Shown one piece after another: positions 19,624 to 30,259 of a DNA stretch of 64,000 nt; the stretch's first letter is position 1, and each line of letters begins with the position of its first letter. The notes beneath the pieces are model-generated. The model did not search any database, was not told where the DNA came from, and saw only the letters and a list, made by a program, of their open reading frames with translations. Position numbers and translations under genes: made by a program. The stretch spans positions 2,838 to 66,837 of the forward strand of contig JAQWEN010000001.1 in assembly GCA_028704885.1 (NCBI GenBank). The letters run 5' to 3'. This stretch comes from Candidatus Shapirobacteria bacterium (GTDB lineage Bacteria > Patescibacteriota > Microgenomatia > UBA12405).

Positions 19624-20155
19624 ATTGAGATAAATCCGAAGAACTATCAATTTTAATAATCAAAAGCAATTCCTGACTGGGAGTAACTATTTTGGAAAAA
19701 TAAGAAAATGTATTGTTATTTTCTTCAACTAACTCTTTTATTTTTAAACCGTCAGGAAGAGAAGATGAATAAATACTTTTAGTAATAAAATTGGTGGCGT
19801 TTAATTTTTCATCATTAAAAAAAATGTTTTCATTTCTCTGATAAATAACTGATTCCGGGTTAACTCTTTTTAAAAAAACTGACCAGTTAGAACCATCTTG
19901 GGGTAAGTTAATAGTATTTGTTTTAGGAGTGGAAACAGCAAAATTAAAGGTTGGTAATTTAAAGGAAAAATTAAAATTTCGAACGGATCGATAAATCCAA
20001 AAAGATAAACTGAGACCAATAGTTAGAGCCATGGCAATATAGACAAATCTCCTTTTTTTAGCAATTCTATCTTTTTCGTTTTCTTTATCAAAAAGACCGG
20101 GCTGTTCCAATTCTGAACCAGAATTCTTTTTTATTTTTTCAACTTTCGGAAGCAT
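19565..20155 (-). CDS. Hypothetical single-TM protein
   Basis: 196-aa ORF starting 2 nt after the pfkB-family stop; one TM segment. Confidence 0.6.
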   Translation of the reverse strand: MLPKVEKIKKNSGSELEQPGLFDKENEKDRIAKKRRFVYIAMALTIGLSLSFWIYRSVRNFNFSFKLPTFNFAVSTPKTNTINLPQDGSNWSVFLKRVNPESVIYQRNENIFFNDEKLNATNFITKSIYSSSLPDGLKIKELVEENNNTFSYFSKIVTPSQELLLIIKIDSSSDLSQSKKLIPGLIDQLYWYSLQK

Positions 20156-20157
20156 AA

Positions 20158-21078
20158 TTATTTTTGAATTTGTTTTAAAGTGAGAAGAGAGGTTTTGGCA
20201 CCGAGAGCAGAAACGACTGAAGCAGAATTTTTAATAGCCCAAAATAAGGCAGTTTCAATTGAATTATGGTAAATTAAGGCACTAATAAAAGTTGAACCGA
20301 AAGCATCACCGGCACCGGTTTCATCAACTGGTTTGACATTAATTATAGGTGAGAAAAAATGTTTACCATCAGCAAAAATAAAGGCACCATCGTGGCCATT
20401 AGTAACGGCAATTACAGCTTTTGAAAAAGAAACTAAACGATCCCAAAAATTTTTATCCAGAATATCAAGACCAACCAATTCTTCTGATTCAGTTTTATTT
20501 AAAAGTAAAAAATCAACTAATTTTAAAAGTGGTAAAAGTTTTTTTCTTTGAGCTAATTCGCGATTACCGGGATTTAAAGCGACTTTAATATCATTTTCCT
20601 TAGCAAAACCAATTAATTTTTCTAACAAATCAAGATTGCCTTCAAGAGAAGTTATATAAAACCATTTAGATTTAGGGATTTTTTCCCAATTTAAATATTT
20701 TTCTTCAAGGCGAGTTGATCCTCTGTTGGTAAGAATAGAGCGACCACCATCGGGTGCAACTAAAACAACCGAAAAATCAGTGGTGTCATTTTTATTTTTA
20801 ATTAAAAGATTAGTATTAACTGATTCTTTTTTAAGGTCATCGATAATGTAATTACTTAAATGATCATCGCCTATTAGAGAAAGGCAACTTGTTTTTAAAC
20901 CCAAACGACTGAAAGAAACAGCTGAATTACTGGCGCCCCCACCACTACAAATTAAACTCTGATCAATTTCAGCTTTGGATGAATATTCTAAAGAAAGAAG
21001 ATTATTGTCAACAATGAATTGAGGTGATTTAACAAAAATATCAATAGTGGCGGCGCCAATGGAAATAACATCAAGCAT
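20158..21078 (-). CDS. PfkB-family carbohydrate kinase
   Basis: GGGASNSAVSFSRLG, N..E, DETGAGDAF. Confidence 0.92.
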   Translation of the reverse strand: MLDVISIGAATIDIFVKSPQFIVDNNLLSLEYSSKAEIDQSLICSGGGASNSAVSFSRLGLKTSCLSLIGDDHLSNYIIDDLKKESVNTNLLIKNKNDTTDFSVVLVAPDGGRSILTNRGSTRLEEKYLNWEKIPKSKWFYITSLEGNLDLLEKLIGFAKENDIKVALNPGNRELAQRKKLLPLLKLVDFLLLNKTESEELVGLDILDKNFWDRLVSFSKAVIAVTNGHDGAFIFADGKHFFSPIINVKPVDETGAGDAFGSTFISALIYHNSIETALFWAIKNSASVVSALGAKTSLLTLKQIQK

Positions 21079-21916
21079 AATTGGAAGTGGAAAAAAGAAG
21101 TAATTTTGATTTAATAATATTTTTCAAATCATCAATAGCTGGGGAAAAATTTTCATAAACTTTTTGACTAAAATCTTTAGAATAGATTTGAAAAAGAGAA
21201 TGATTAAAATTGTTTCTTAATTCGGTATTAATATTAATTTTAACCACACCTAATTTAATAGCTTCAGAAAGTTGGTCCGAACTAATACCAGAACCACCAT
21301 GAAGAGCAATAAATTTATCTTCGGGAATTTTATTTTTGATTTTAGAAAGAAGACCGAGATCGATAACTTCTGGTAGTTTTAAACTAATACCATGAAGATT
21401 GCCGATGGAAACAGCTAAAAGATCAGCATTAGTTTGAGTAATAAATTCATAAGCTTTAGCCGGGTCAGTAAAACTGCTTTTAGAAATTTGGGTGTCAACT
21501 AAATTAATATGATCAAATTCAACTTCAAAAAGTGTTTCTGGATAATGAATTTTTAAATTGTGAACAAATTTTTGACTAGTTTCAAGATTGGATAAATATT
21601 CCATTTTGGAACCATCAAAATGAACCATGTCAAAACCCAAACTAATTAATTTTTCCAAACGAATTTGATCTTGACCATGATCCATATTTAAATAAATCGG
21701 CAAACCGTCAAGCTGGGCTTTTTTGACTAAAACAAAAAGACGTTCGGCGTGAATAAACTTGTCTTCACCAGCCGAAAGCTGAACGATGCACGGAAGACCG
21801 GTTTCTTTGACTGAATCTTCGATGGCCTGATAAATTTCAAAAGAATCAATATTAAAAGCAGGAATAGCTTTGCCGGTGGCTCGGTATTCGGTTAATAATT
21901 GTCGTAAAGTTTTCAT
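21071..21916 (-). CDS. fba: Class II fructose-bisphosphate aldolase
   Basis: IPAFN, DHG, AVSIGNLHG, LHGGSG, KININT. Confidence 0.9.
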   Translation of the reverse strand: MKTLRQLLTEYRATGKAIPAFNIDSFEIYQAIEDSVKETGLPCIVQLSAGEDKFIHAERLFVLVKKAQLDGLPIYLNMDHGQDQIRLEKLISLGFDMVHFDGSKMEYLSNLETSQKFVHNLKIHYPETLFEVEFDHINLVDTQISKSSFTDPAKAYEFITQTNADLLAVSIGNLHGISLKLPEVIDLGLLSKIKNKIPEDKFIALHGGSGISSDQLSEAIKLGVVKININTELRNNFNHSLFQIYSKDFSQKVYENFSPAIDDLKNIIKSKLLLFSTSNYA

Positions 21917-22857
21917 AATATTTTTTTAACAGCGGACAATAAATCATTGATTCCGATGCCATAATAATCATACAACTCTTGGTAAGTTTTAGCTGAACGG
22001 CCAAATTTATTGTCAACAGCCAGATGGATAAATTTACAAGAGATATTGTTAGATAAAATTAAAGAAGCGACGACCTCTCCTAGCCCACCATTTTGCTGAT
22101 GATCTTCAAGACAAATAAGACGACCAGTTTTTTTGACACTTTTTAAAATGGTGATGGTATCAAGAGGTTTTATCGAAGAACAATTAATAATTTCCAATGA
22201 TATTTTTTTATATTTTGAATCTAAATTTAATTTGGCTTGAACCTGAAAAGCCTCTTCTAAAATTGGGCCATGACCAATAATAGTAATGTCTTTACCCGAC
22301 TGTAAACGATGAGATTTACCAATAGTAAAATCTAATTTTGGATCAAAAAAATTGGGAGTACTTGGTCTGACTAAACGAATATAAGCTGGTTTTTTGCTAA
22401 AAGTGACGGCTTTTATAATTTTGGTAGTTTCCAGGGCATCGAGTGGTGAAAAAACTTCCATATTTGGAAGACTGCGCATTAAACTAATATCCTCAAGCAT
22501 TTGATGAGTGGCACCAAGGTCGGTACTAAGCAGACCAGCATGAGAACCAATAATTTTGACATTTGAGTTGTTATAGCAAATTGATTGTTTAATAGTATTC
22601 CAATTAATGGCTGGAGAAAAACAAGCAAAGGAAGTTAAAAAAACAGTTTTACCAGTTTTAGCCAGACCAGCAGCAACTCCAGCAGCATTGGTTTCGGCGA
22701 CTCCACATTCAATAAAACGATGAGGAAATTTTTTAGCAAAATTATTCAAGAAAAGTGGTGATTTTAAGTCAGCATTAACGACATAAATATTTTTGTTAGT
22801 TTTGGCAAGTTTACAAAGAGTTTCTCCAAATGATTGACGAATGGAATTAATTATCAT
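21913..22857 (-). CDS. Transketolase, C-terminal subunit
   Basis: ECGVAE, GATHQMLED, IKPLD, EDH...GGLG. Confidence 0.92.
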   Translation of the reverse strand: MIINSIRQSFGETLCKLAKTNKNIYVVNADLKSPLFLNNFAKKFPHRFIECGVAETNAAGVAAGLAKTGKTVFLTSFACFSPAINWNTIKQSICYNNSNVKIIGSHAGLLSTDLGATHQMLEDISLMRSLPNMEVFSPLDALETTKIIKAVTFSKKPAYIRLVRPSTPNFFDPKLDFTIGKSHRLQSGKDITIIGHGPILEEAFQVQAKLNLDSKYKKISLEIINCSSIKPLDTITILKSVKKTGRLICLEDHQQNGGLGEVVASLILSNNISCKFIHLAVDNKFGRSAKTYQELYDYYGIGINDLLSAVKKIL

Positions 22858-23633
22858 AATTCAGATTTAGCTTTATTAAATAAAGCCTCGGGTAGATTTT
22901 TAACGTCGTGATAATGAAAATTATTTTCCATAAAAGAAATCCCTTTACCTAAAACAGTTTTAGCAATAATGCAATTTGGATAATCTGATTTTTGGGCGTT
23001 TTTTAGGGCGGAAATTATTTGCTTAAAATCATGACCATCGACAGTAGTGACAGTCCAACCAAAACTAATATATTTTGAAGCTAGATTATCGAGGGGCATA
23101 ATTTGAGAAACTGGACCATCAATTTGCATTTGATTAAAATCAACAATATTAATTAAATTGCCTAACTTATATTTTTTGGCAAAAAGAAGTGATTCCCAAA
23201 TTTGACCTTCTTGATGTTCGCCATCACTAGTTAAACAAATAGTAGTGTGTTTTTTGTCGCCTAGAGCTAAACCACAAGCAAAAGAGAGACCTTGACCAAG
23301 AGAACCCGAAGAATATTCGACTCCGGGAACTTCGGCAGAAACGTGACCTTGAAGAAGTGATTTAAAAGAAGAATAATTATCTAAAAAATTCTTAGGAAAA
23401 TAGCCAGCATTAGCTAAAACCACATATAAGGCTGGAGCCAGATGACCGGCGGATAAAATAAAATGGTCTCTTTTGAAATTAAATAAATTTCCAAAATAAA
23501 CAGCTGTTATTAAATCAAGTGAAGAAAGAGAACCGCCGATGTGTCCGCCATTTTTATAAACCATATCCAACAAATCATGACGTAGATTCTGACTTACGAT
23601 TTGGAGTGGGTGCAGTTTAATAAAAGGGAGCAT
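22854..23633 (-). CDS. Transketolase, N-terminal (TPP-binding) subunit
   Basis: GGHIGGSLS, LSAGH, GSLGQGLS, SDGEHQEG. Confidence 0.92.
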   Translation of the reverse strand: MLPFIKLHPLQIVSQNLRHDLLDMVYKNGGHIGGSLSSLDLITAVYFGNLFNFKRDHFILSAGHLAPALYVVLANAGYFPKNFLDNYSSFKSLLQGHVSAEVPGVEYSSGSLGQGLSFACGLALGDKKHTTICLTSDGEHQEGQIWESLLFAKKYKLGNLINIVDFNQMQIDGPVSQIMPLDNLASKYISFGWTVTTVDGHDFKQIISALKNAQKSDYPNCIIAKTVLGKGISFMENNFHYHDVKNLPEALFNKAKSEL

Positions 23634-23681
23634 TAATTAAGTATAAAGCAAAAAGGCTCTGAGATATAATAGGCAATAAAG

Positions 23682-24182
23682 ATGGAAGATTTTTACAATA
23701 AATATTACTTAGGAGTGAAAAAATTTGTCAGTCAAAAGATTGATGATGAAGGAGTGGCAGAAGAATTGACTAATGACATAATGTTGGCGGCAATAATGTG
23801 TAGACCAAATTTTGACGGTAAATGTAATGAGTTCAGTTGGATTTGTAGTATTGCTAAACATAAAATCATTGATTATTACCGAAAGAAAAAATTAAAAACA
23901 ATTTTATTTTCAGTGTCACCTAATTTTGAAGAAATAGCCGATAAAGCGTTAACACCCGAAAGAGATGTACTTAAAAATGAGCTAAAAGAAGAAATTAAAA
24001 AAACATTTAAAGAATTGGGTAAAGGATATAAGGATATATTACGACTTAAATATATAGATGAAATGAAAGTGAGTGAAATTGCAAAAAGTTTAAGGTTAAC
24101 CATTAAAGCAGTTGAATCTAAATTAATTAGAGCTAAAAAGAAATTTAGGGAGGCTTGGATTTATGATAAAAAAAAGAATTAA
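23682..24182 (+). CDS. ECF-family RNA polymerase sigma factor
   Basis: Region 2 AEEL...W...IA....DYYRK and region 4 HTH (EIAKSL...AVESKLIRAKK). Confidence 0.88.
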   Translation: MEDFYNKYYLGVKKFVSQKIDDEGVAEELTNDIMLAAIMCRPNFDGKCNEFSWICSIAKHKIIDYYRKKKLKTILFSVSPNFEEIADKALTPERDVLKNELKEEIKKTFKELGKGYKDILRLKYIDEMKVSEIAKSLRLTIKAVESKLIRAKKKFREAWIYDKKKN

Positions 24183-24507
24183 AAAAATAGGTGATTTGAT
24201 TTTTTTGATAAGTGTCAGACAAATTTGGAAACTGCTGTGTAATATTTATAATATTATTGAACAGCCATTTTTAGCTTTAAAAAAGCTAATTATTAAAGAT
24301 AAAGATAAATCACAGATATTTTTGCTAGGATTGATGGCAATAATGCCAGCAATTTTTTATGTAAGCGCCAGAATAGTTTGGGATAATTATAAATATGGAT
24401 TTGTCCCCGCTTCAGTTGGTAAAGTTTTTTTGGTGATATCAATAATAGAAGTTGTTGTGTTCGGATATTTAGGTTTTTGGGTTTGGAAAATATTTAAAAA
24501 TAAATAG
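24163..24507 (+). CDS. Small membrane protein (possible anti-sigma factor)
   Basis: Overlaps the sigma gene; 2 TM helices. Confidence 0.55.
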   Translation: MIKKRIKKIGDLIFLISVRQIWKLLCNIYNIIEQPFLALKKLIIKDKDKSQIFLLGLMAIMPAIFYVSARIVWDNYKYGFVPASVGKVFLVISIIEVVVFGYLGFWVWKIFKNK

Positions 24508-24543
24508 CAGGTATTTTTAAAAAGTCTCGACTAAATTATTACC

Positions 24544-24996
24544 ATGATTAAAAACACGACTATTAATTTCAAAAGTGAAGAGCAGTTAGAATTTAGAGAT
24601 ATTACAGACGAGGTGGAGAATTTTATTAAAGAAACAAAAGTAAAAAATGGAAATGTTTTGGTTTTTTCAACTCATACCACTTTGGCAATTTGTATTAATG
24701 AAAAAGAAAAAGGGATAGTAAAAGATTTTAAAAATTTAATTAATAAATTAATTCCTAAAGATGGATATTATTGTCATAATGATTTAAATATCAGAACCGA
24801 AAATTTAGTGTGTCAATCAGCAGCATCTGACTGTTTAAATGGACATTCTCATTGTACTCACCTGCTAATGAGAAATTCGGAAACTATTCCAATTGTTGAT
24901 GGAAAAATGGCTTTAGGGATTTGGCAAAGAATTTTTGCAATTGAACTTGATTGCTGTCGAAACAGAAAGGTAATTGTCCAGGTTATTGGTGAATAA
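24544..24996 (+). CDS. YjbQ/UPF0047 family protein
   Basis: HTT....NE, NGHSH, LGIWQRIFAIELD. Confidence 0.9.
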   Translation: MIKNTTINFKSEEQLEFRDITDEVENFIKETKVKNGNVLVFSTHTTLAICINEKEKGIVKDFKNLINKLIPKDGYYCHNDLNIRTENLVCQSAASDCLNGHSHCTHLLMRNSETIPIVDGKMALGIWQRIFAIELDCCRNRKVIVQVIGE

Positions 24997-25840
24997 TTTC
25001 GTTAATCTTTTGAACAACTTCTTCTAAAATTGATTCTGGAGTACTGGCGCCAGAGCTGATAGCGATGTTTTGATGGCCAGCAAACCACTTATAATTAATT
25101 TCTGAAGCGTTATCGATAATAAAACTTTTAACACCAACAGACTCGGCTACTTTTTGGAGACTATTAGAATTAGCACTGGTAGATGAACCAACAATTATAA
25201 CTAAAGTGCAAGTTTTAACTAATTCAATAATGGCATTTTGGCGGTCAGAGGTGGCCTGACAAATGTGAGGCATAATAGTAATTTGAGGATATTTATTTTT
25301 AAGAAAATCGAGAGCGTCCTTGGTTTCGAGAGTGGAAAGAGTGGTTTGAGTCATGACAATGCAATTCTGAGGGTCGGGAATATCGAGGGTGGAAATATCA
25401 CTAATAACGACCGGGGTAACCAAATAAGGATTTTCACCAACAACACCGATAGTTTCATCGTGAGTAATACTGTTACATAAAAAAATTATTTTTTTATTTT
25501 GACTACTAAATTTAGAAACCGTTTGATGTGATTTTAAAACTAAAGGACAGCTGGCATCAACAATGGTTAAACCTTTGGCCACGGCTTGGTTGTAAGTCTG
25601 AGGTGGAGCACCGTGAGCCCTGATAATAACAACAGAACCGCGGGGAATTTGATCAATAGATTGAACAGTTCTTATTTTTAATTCTGATTCCAACCAATCA
25701 ACAACGTGTTGATTGTGAACTAATTCGCCTAAAAAATAAATATCTTCGGAATATTTTTCACGGGTTTCTCTAGCTAAATCAATAGCTCGATTAATACCAA
25801 AACAAAAACCATGCGGAGAAGCGATAAAAAGATTGGCCAT
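24983..25840 (-). CDS. ispH: 4-hydroxy-3-methylbut-2-enyl diphosphate reductase
   Basis: GFCFG, VHN, RAHG, DASCPLV, H.E..G, QTT, ICQAT..RQ, SANS; all three Fe-S cysteines present. Confidence 0.95.
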   Translation of the reverse strand: MANLFIASPHGFCFGINRAIDLARETREKYSEDIYFLGELVHNQHVVDWLESELKIRTVQSIDQIPRGSVVIIRAHGAPPQTYNQAVAKGLTIVDASCPLVLKSHQTVSKFSSQNKKIIFLCNSITHDETIGVVGENPYLVTPVVISDISTLDIPDPQNCIVMTQTTLSTLETKDALDFLKNKYPQITIMPHICQATSDRQNAIIELVKTCTLVIIVGSSTSANSNSLQKVAESVGVKSFIIDNASEINYKWFAGHQNIAISSGASTPESILEEVVQKINEIIHQ

Positions 25841-25886
25841 ACAAGATGATTTTATCTTAAAAAGACTATAATTACCTTAGGAAAAG

Positions 25887-26666
25887 ATGAAAAAGAAAAT
25901 AAATTTAAAAAATTTAGGATGGATGGTGGCGGGAGTTTTATTTTTAATGTTGGCTTTTAAAAATGAAAAAGAAAGTAATAAAGAAGAAATAAAAACAGAA
26001 AATATAACTCCGACGATAATGGTTACCCCAACTGAAACAATAAAAAGTGATTTATTTTTAGTGACAAAAATAATTGATGGCGACACTTTAATGGTGAAAA
26101 TTAATGACAAAGAAGAATCAGTAAGATTGATTGGAATAGATACACCAGAAACTGTTGATCCAAGAAAAACAGTCCAATGTTTCGGAAAGGAAGCTAGTTT
26201 AAAAGCTAAAGAATTAATGGAAAATAAAATAGTGAGATTGGATGCGGATATAACGCAAATGGACAGAGATAAATATGGTCGATTATTAAGATATGTTTAT
26301 TTGGAAGATGGAACTTTGATTAATAAAAAATTAATTGAAGAAGGATTTGGATTTGAATATACTTATCAAGTCCCCTACAAATTTCAGGCGGAATTTAAAA
26401 CGGCACAAAAAATAGCTGAGGAAAAGAAAATGGGTATGTGGGCTGATGGTACATGTCCAACACCTACAATCAAAACAGTACCAATAATAAGTGGAGTGCC
26501 AACAGAAAAAACGATTCAGAGTAGTTCTAGTTTTATATGTGATTGCAGTAAAGCTTGTACAAAAATTAGTAGTTGTGAAGAAGCCTATTATCAATTAAAT
26601 ACTTGCGGCTGCAGTGTTCGAGATAATGACGGTGATGGGGTGCCATGTGAAAGTTTGTGTAATTAA
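25887..26666 (+). CDS. Secreted thermonuclease (SNase) with C-terminal excalibur Ca-binding domain
   Basis: IDGDT, RLIGIDTPE, DKYGRLLRY; D.DGDGVPCE. Confidence 0.9.
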   Translation: MKKKINLKNLGWMVAGVLFLMLAFKNEKESNKEEIKTENITPTIMVTPTETIKSDLFLVTKIIDGDTLMVKINDKEESVRLIGIDTPETVDPRKTVQCFGKEASLKAKELMENKIVRLDADITQMDRDKYGRLLRYVYLEDGTLINKKLIEEGFGFEYTYQVPYKFQAEFKTAQKIAEEKKMGMWADGTCPTPTIKTVPIISGVPTEKTIQSSSSFICDCSKACTKISSCEEAYYQLNTCGCSVRDNDGDGVPCESLCN

Positions 26667-26669
26667 TTG

Positions 26670-26740
26670 AGACGCGGATGGGAGTTGAACCCATCTGAAC
26701 GGTTTTGCAGACCGTTGTCTAACCGCTTGACTACCGCGTC
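26670..26740 (-). tRNA. tRNA-Cys(GCA)
   Basis: GACGCGG TA GTC AAGCGGTTA GAC A ACGGT CTGCAAA ACCGT TCAG ATGGG TTCAACT CCCAT CCGCGTC T; U73. Confidence 0.93.
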
Positions 26741-26773
26741 GGATGTAGAGTAAGCCTATTTTATCAATAAATA

Positions 26774-28482
<1,709 letters not shown>

Positions 28483-28495
28483 AATTAATTAATAA

Positions 28496-28783
28496 TTATT
28501 TGATAATTGCCATGATGTCGTCGAATTTTAATAGTAATAATTCGACATTTTCTTCTTTATATTCTTTGCCACCCCATTCTCGGTAGACAACAATATCACC
28601 AATTTGACAGGGAGATTTGACTTCACGACCATCAATAAAAGTAGAATCACCAACGGCAAGAACTTTGCCTTGTTGAGGTTTATCTTGATGAGATTCGGGT
28701 AAAACGATACCAGAAGTGGTAGTTCTTTCTTGTTTTTGAGGCTCGACTAATAAAAAGCCGGCAACAGGATGAATTTTGGTCAT
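28496..28783 (-). CDS. groES: Co-chaperonin GroES
   Basis: TTSGIVLP, GKVLAVG, DIMAI; upstream of groEL. Confidence 0.97.
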   Translation of the reverse strand: MTKIHPVAGFLLVEPQKQERTTTSGIVLPESHQDKPQQGKVLAVGDSTFIDGREVKSPCQIGDIVVYREWGGKEYKEENVELLLLKFDDIMAIIK

Positions 28784-28821
28784 AATTTAATTAAGAATTA
28801 ATAATTAAAAATTAATAATTT

Positions 28822-28848
28822 TTATCAGTCAAAATGACCGACTGCTAA
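28822..28848 (-). promoter_or_regulatory. CIRCE-like (HrcA) operator
   Basis: TTAGCAGTC-N9-GACTGATAA versus consensus TTAGCACTC-N9-GAGTGCTAA, just downstream of the groES promoter. Confidence 0.8.
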
Positions 28849-28849
28849 T

Positions 28850-28877
28850 ATTATAGCGAGAGTTAAGTATACGTCAA
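28850..28877 (-). promoter_or_regulatory. Sigma70 promoter of groES-groEL
   Basis: TTGACG-N16-TATAAT on the minus strand. Confidence 0.7.
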
Positions 28878-28980
28878 GTATTTTAAATTGGTAAAATCAG
28901 ATAATTAAATAAAACTGAATGAGGTTAAGATTTTTGGAAAATTGGTGAAGAAAATTATTTTTAGGATATAATGGGTTTGT

Positions 28981-30246
28981 ATGTCAAAAATAAAAAATAT
29001 CTATGCCCGAGAAATTTTGGCTAGTGGCGGAGCCCCAAGTTTAGAAGTTACTGTCACTTTGGAAAGTGGTGCAATCGGTGAAGCATCGGTAAGTTATGGT
29101 GCGTCAGCTGGATCAAAAGAAGCGACTGTGCTTTTGGATGGAGATAAAACCAGATACAACGGCAAAGGAATGTTGAACGCAATTTCTAATATTAATAATC
29201 AAATTAAAAATATATTGGTAGAAATGGAAGCTAGTGATCAAAGAGCAATTGATAATAAAATGATTGAAACTGATGGCACTATTAATAAGGCAGTTTTGGG
29301 TGGAAATGCAATGTTGGGAGTATCTTTAGCAGTGGCCAGGGCCGAAGCTAGTGAAGAAAATTTACCTTTATATAAATATTTAAGAAAAGTTTACGAAATT
29401 GGAGATATTGGTTGGAAACTTCCAAAACCAATGATTGTAATGATTGAAGGCGGAAAACACGCTGATGAAACTACTGATCTACAAGAATTTATGGTGGGAG
29501 CGATGGGAAATAAAAGCGCAGCGGAAAATGTAAGAATGGAAATGGAAATTTACAGTGCTTTAAAAAATATTTTAAAAGCTGATAAATTGTCAACCAATGT
29601 GGGTAATGAAGGTGCTTTTGCTCCAAACGGAATAATTTCCAATGAAAAACCAATTGAATATTTAGTTCAGGCAATTACTAATGCCGGATATGTTCCAGGG
29701 GTGGATGCCGGAGTGGGAATTGATGCGGCGGCAAGCGAATTTTATAGTGAGGAAACTAAAAAATATAATTTGAAATTGGAAGGAAAAGAATTAACCAGTG
29801 AAGAACTAATCGCCTACTACAAGCCTTGGATCGAAAAATATCCAATTGCCACTATGGAAGATATGCTTTCAGAATTTGATTGGGATAATTGGCCAAAAAT
29901 GGTGGAAGCTATTGGAGGTAAATTCCCTCTTATCGCCGACGATTTAACGGTAACTAATGTAAATCTTTGGCAAAAAGCGATTGAAATGAAAGCAGCCACA
30001 GCAATTTTAATTAAATTAAATCAAGCTGGAACTTTAACGGAAACTATGGATTGTTGTTTATTAGCTAATAAAAACAATTTAATTACCATGCCTTCACACC
30101 GAGGCGGCGGGGAAACTAATGACACTTTCTTGGTCGATTTGGCAGTAGCGGTTAATTCAGCTTATATAAAAGTCGGGCCAACTAGAGGGGAAAGAGTTTG
30201 TAAATATAATAGATTAATGAAAATTGAGGAAGAAATTAATAATTAA
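28981..30246 (+). CDS. eno: Enolase (divergent)
   Basis: AREIL, GGNA.LGVS.A, GG.HA, QEFM, DAAASE, DDL, LIKLNQ, SHR, ER..KYNRL. Confidence 0.92.
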   Translation: MSKIKNIYAREILASGGAPSLEVTVTLESGAIGEASVSYGASAGSKEATVLLDGDKTRYNGKGMLNAISNINNQIKNILVEMEASDQRAIDNKMIETDGTINKAVLGGNAMLGVSLAVARAEASEENLPLYKYLRKVYEIGDIGWKLPKPMIVMIEGGKHADETTDLQEFMVGAMGNKSAAENVRMEMEIYSALKNILKADKLSTNVGNEGAFAPNGIISNEKPIEYLVQAITNAGYVPGVDAGVGIDAAASEFYSEETKKYNLKLEGKELTSEELIAYYKPWIEKYPIATMEDMLSEFDWDNWPKMVEAIGGKFPLIADDLTVTNVNLWQKAIEMKAATAILIKLNQAGTLTETMDCCLLANKNNLITMPSHRGGGETNDTFLVDLAVAVNSAYIKVGPTRGERVCKYNRLMKIEEEINN

Positions 30247-30259
30247 TAATTAATAATTT

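Noticed and set aside
21913-23633. Split transketolase as a frameshifted pseudogene
   Set aside because: Two-subunit transketolases are common; both halves have proper starts with a 4-nt overlap
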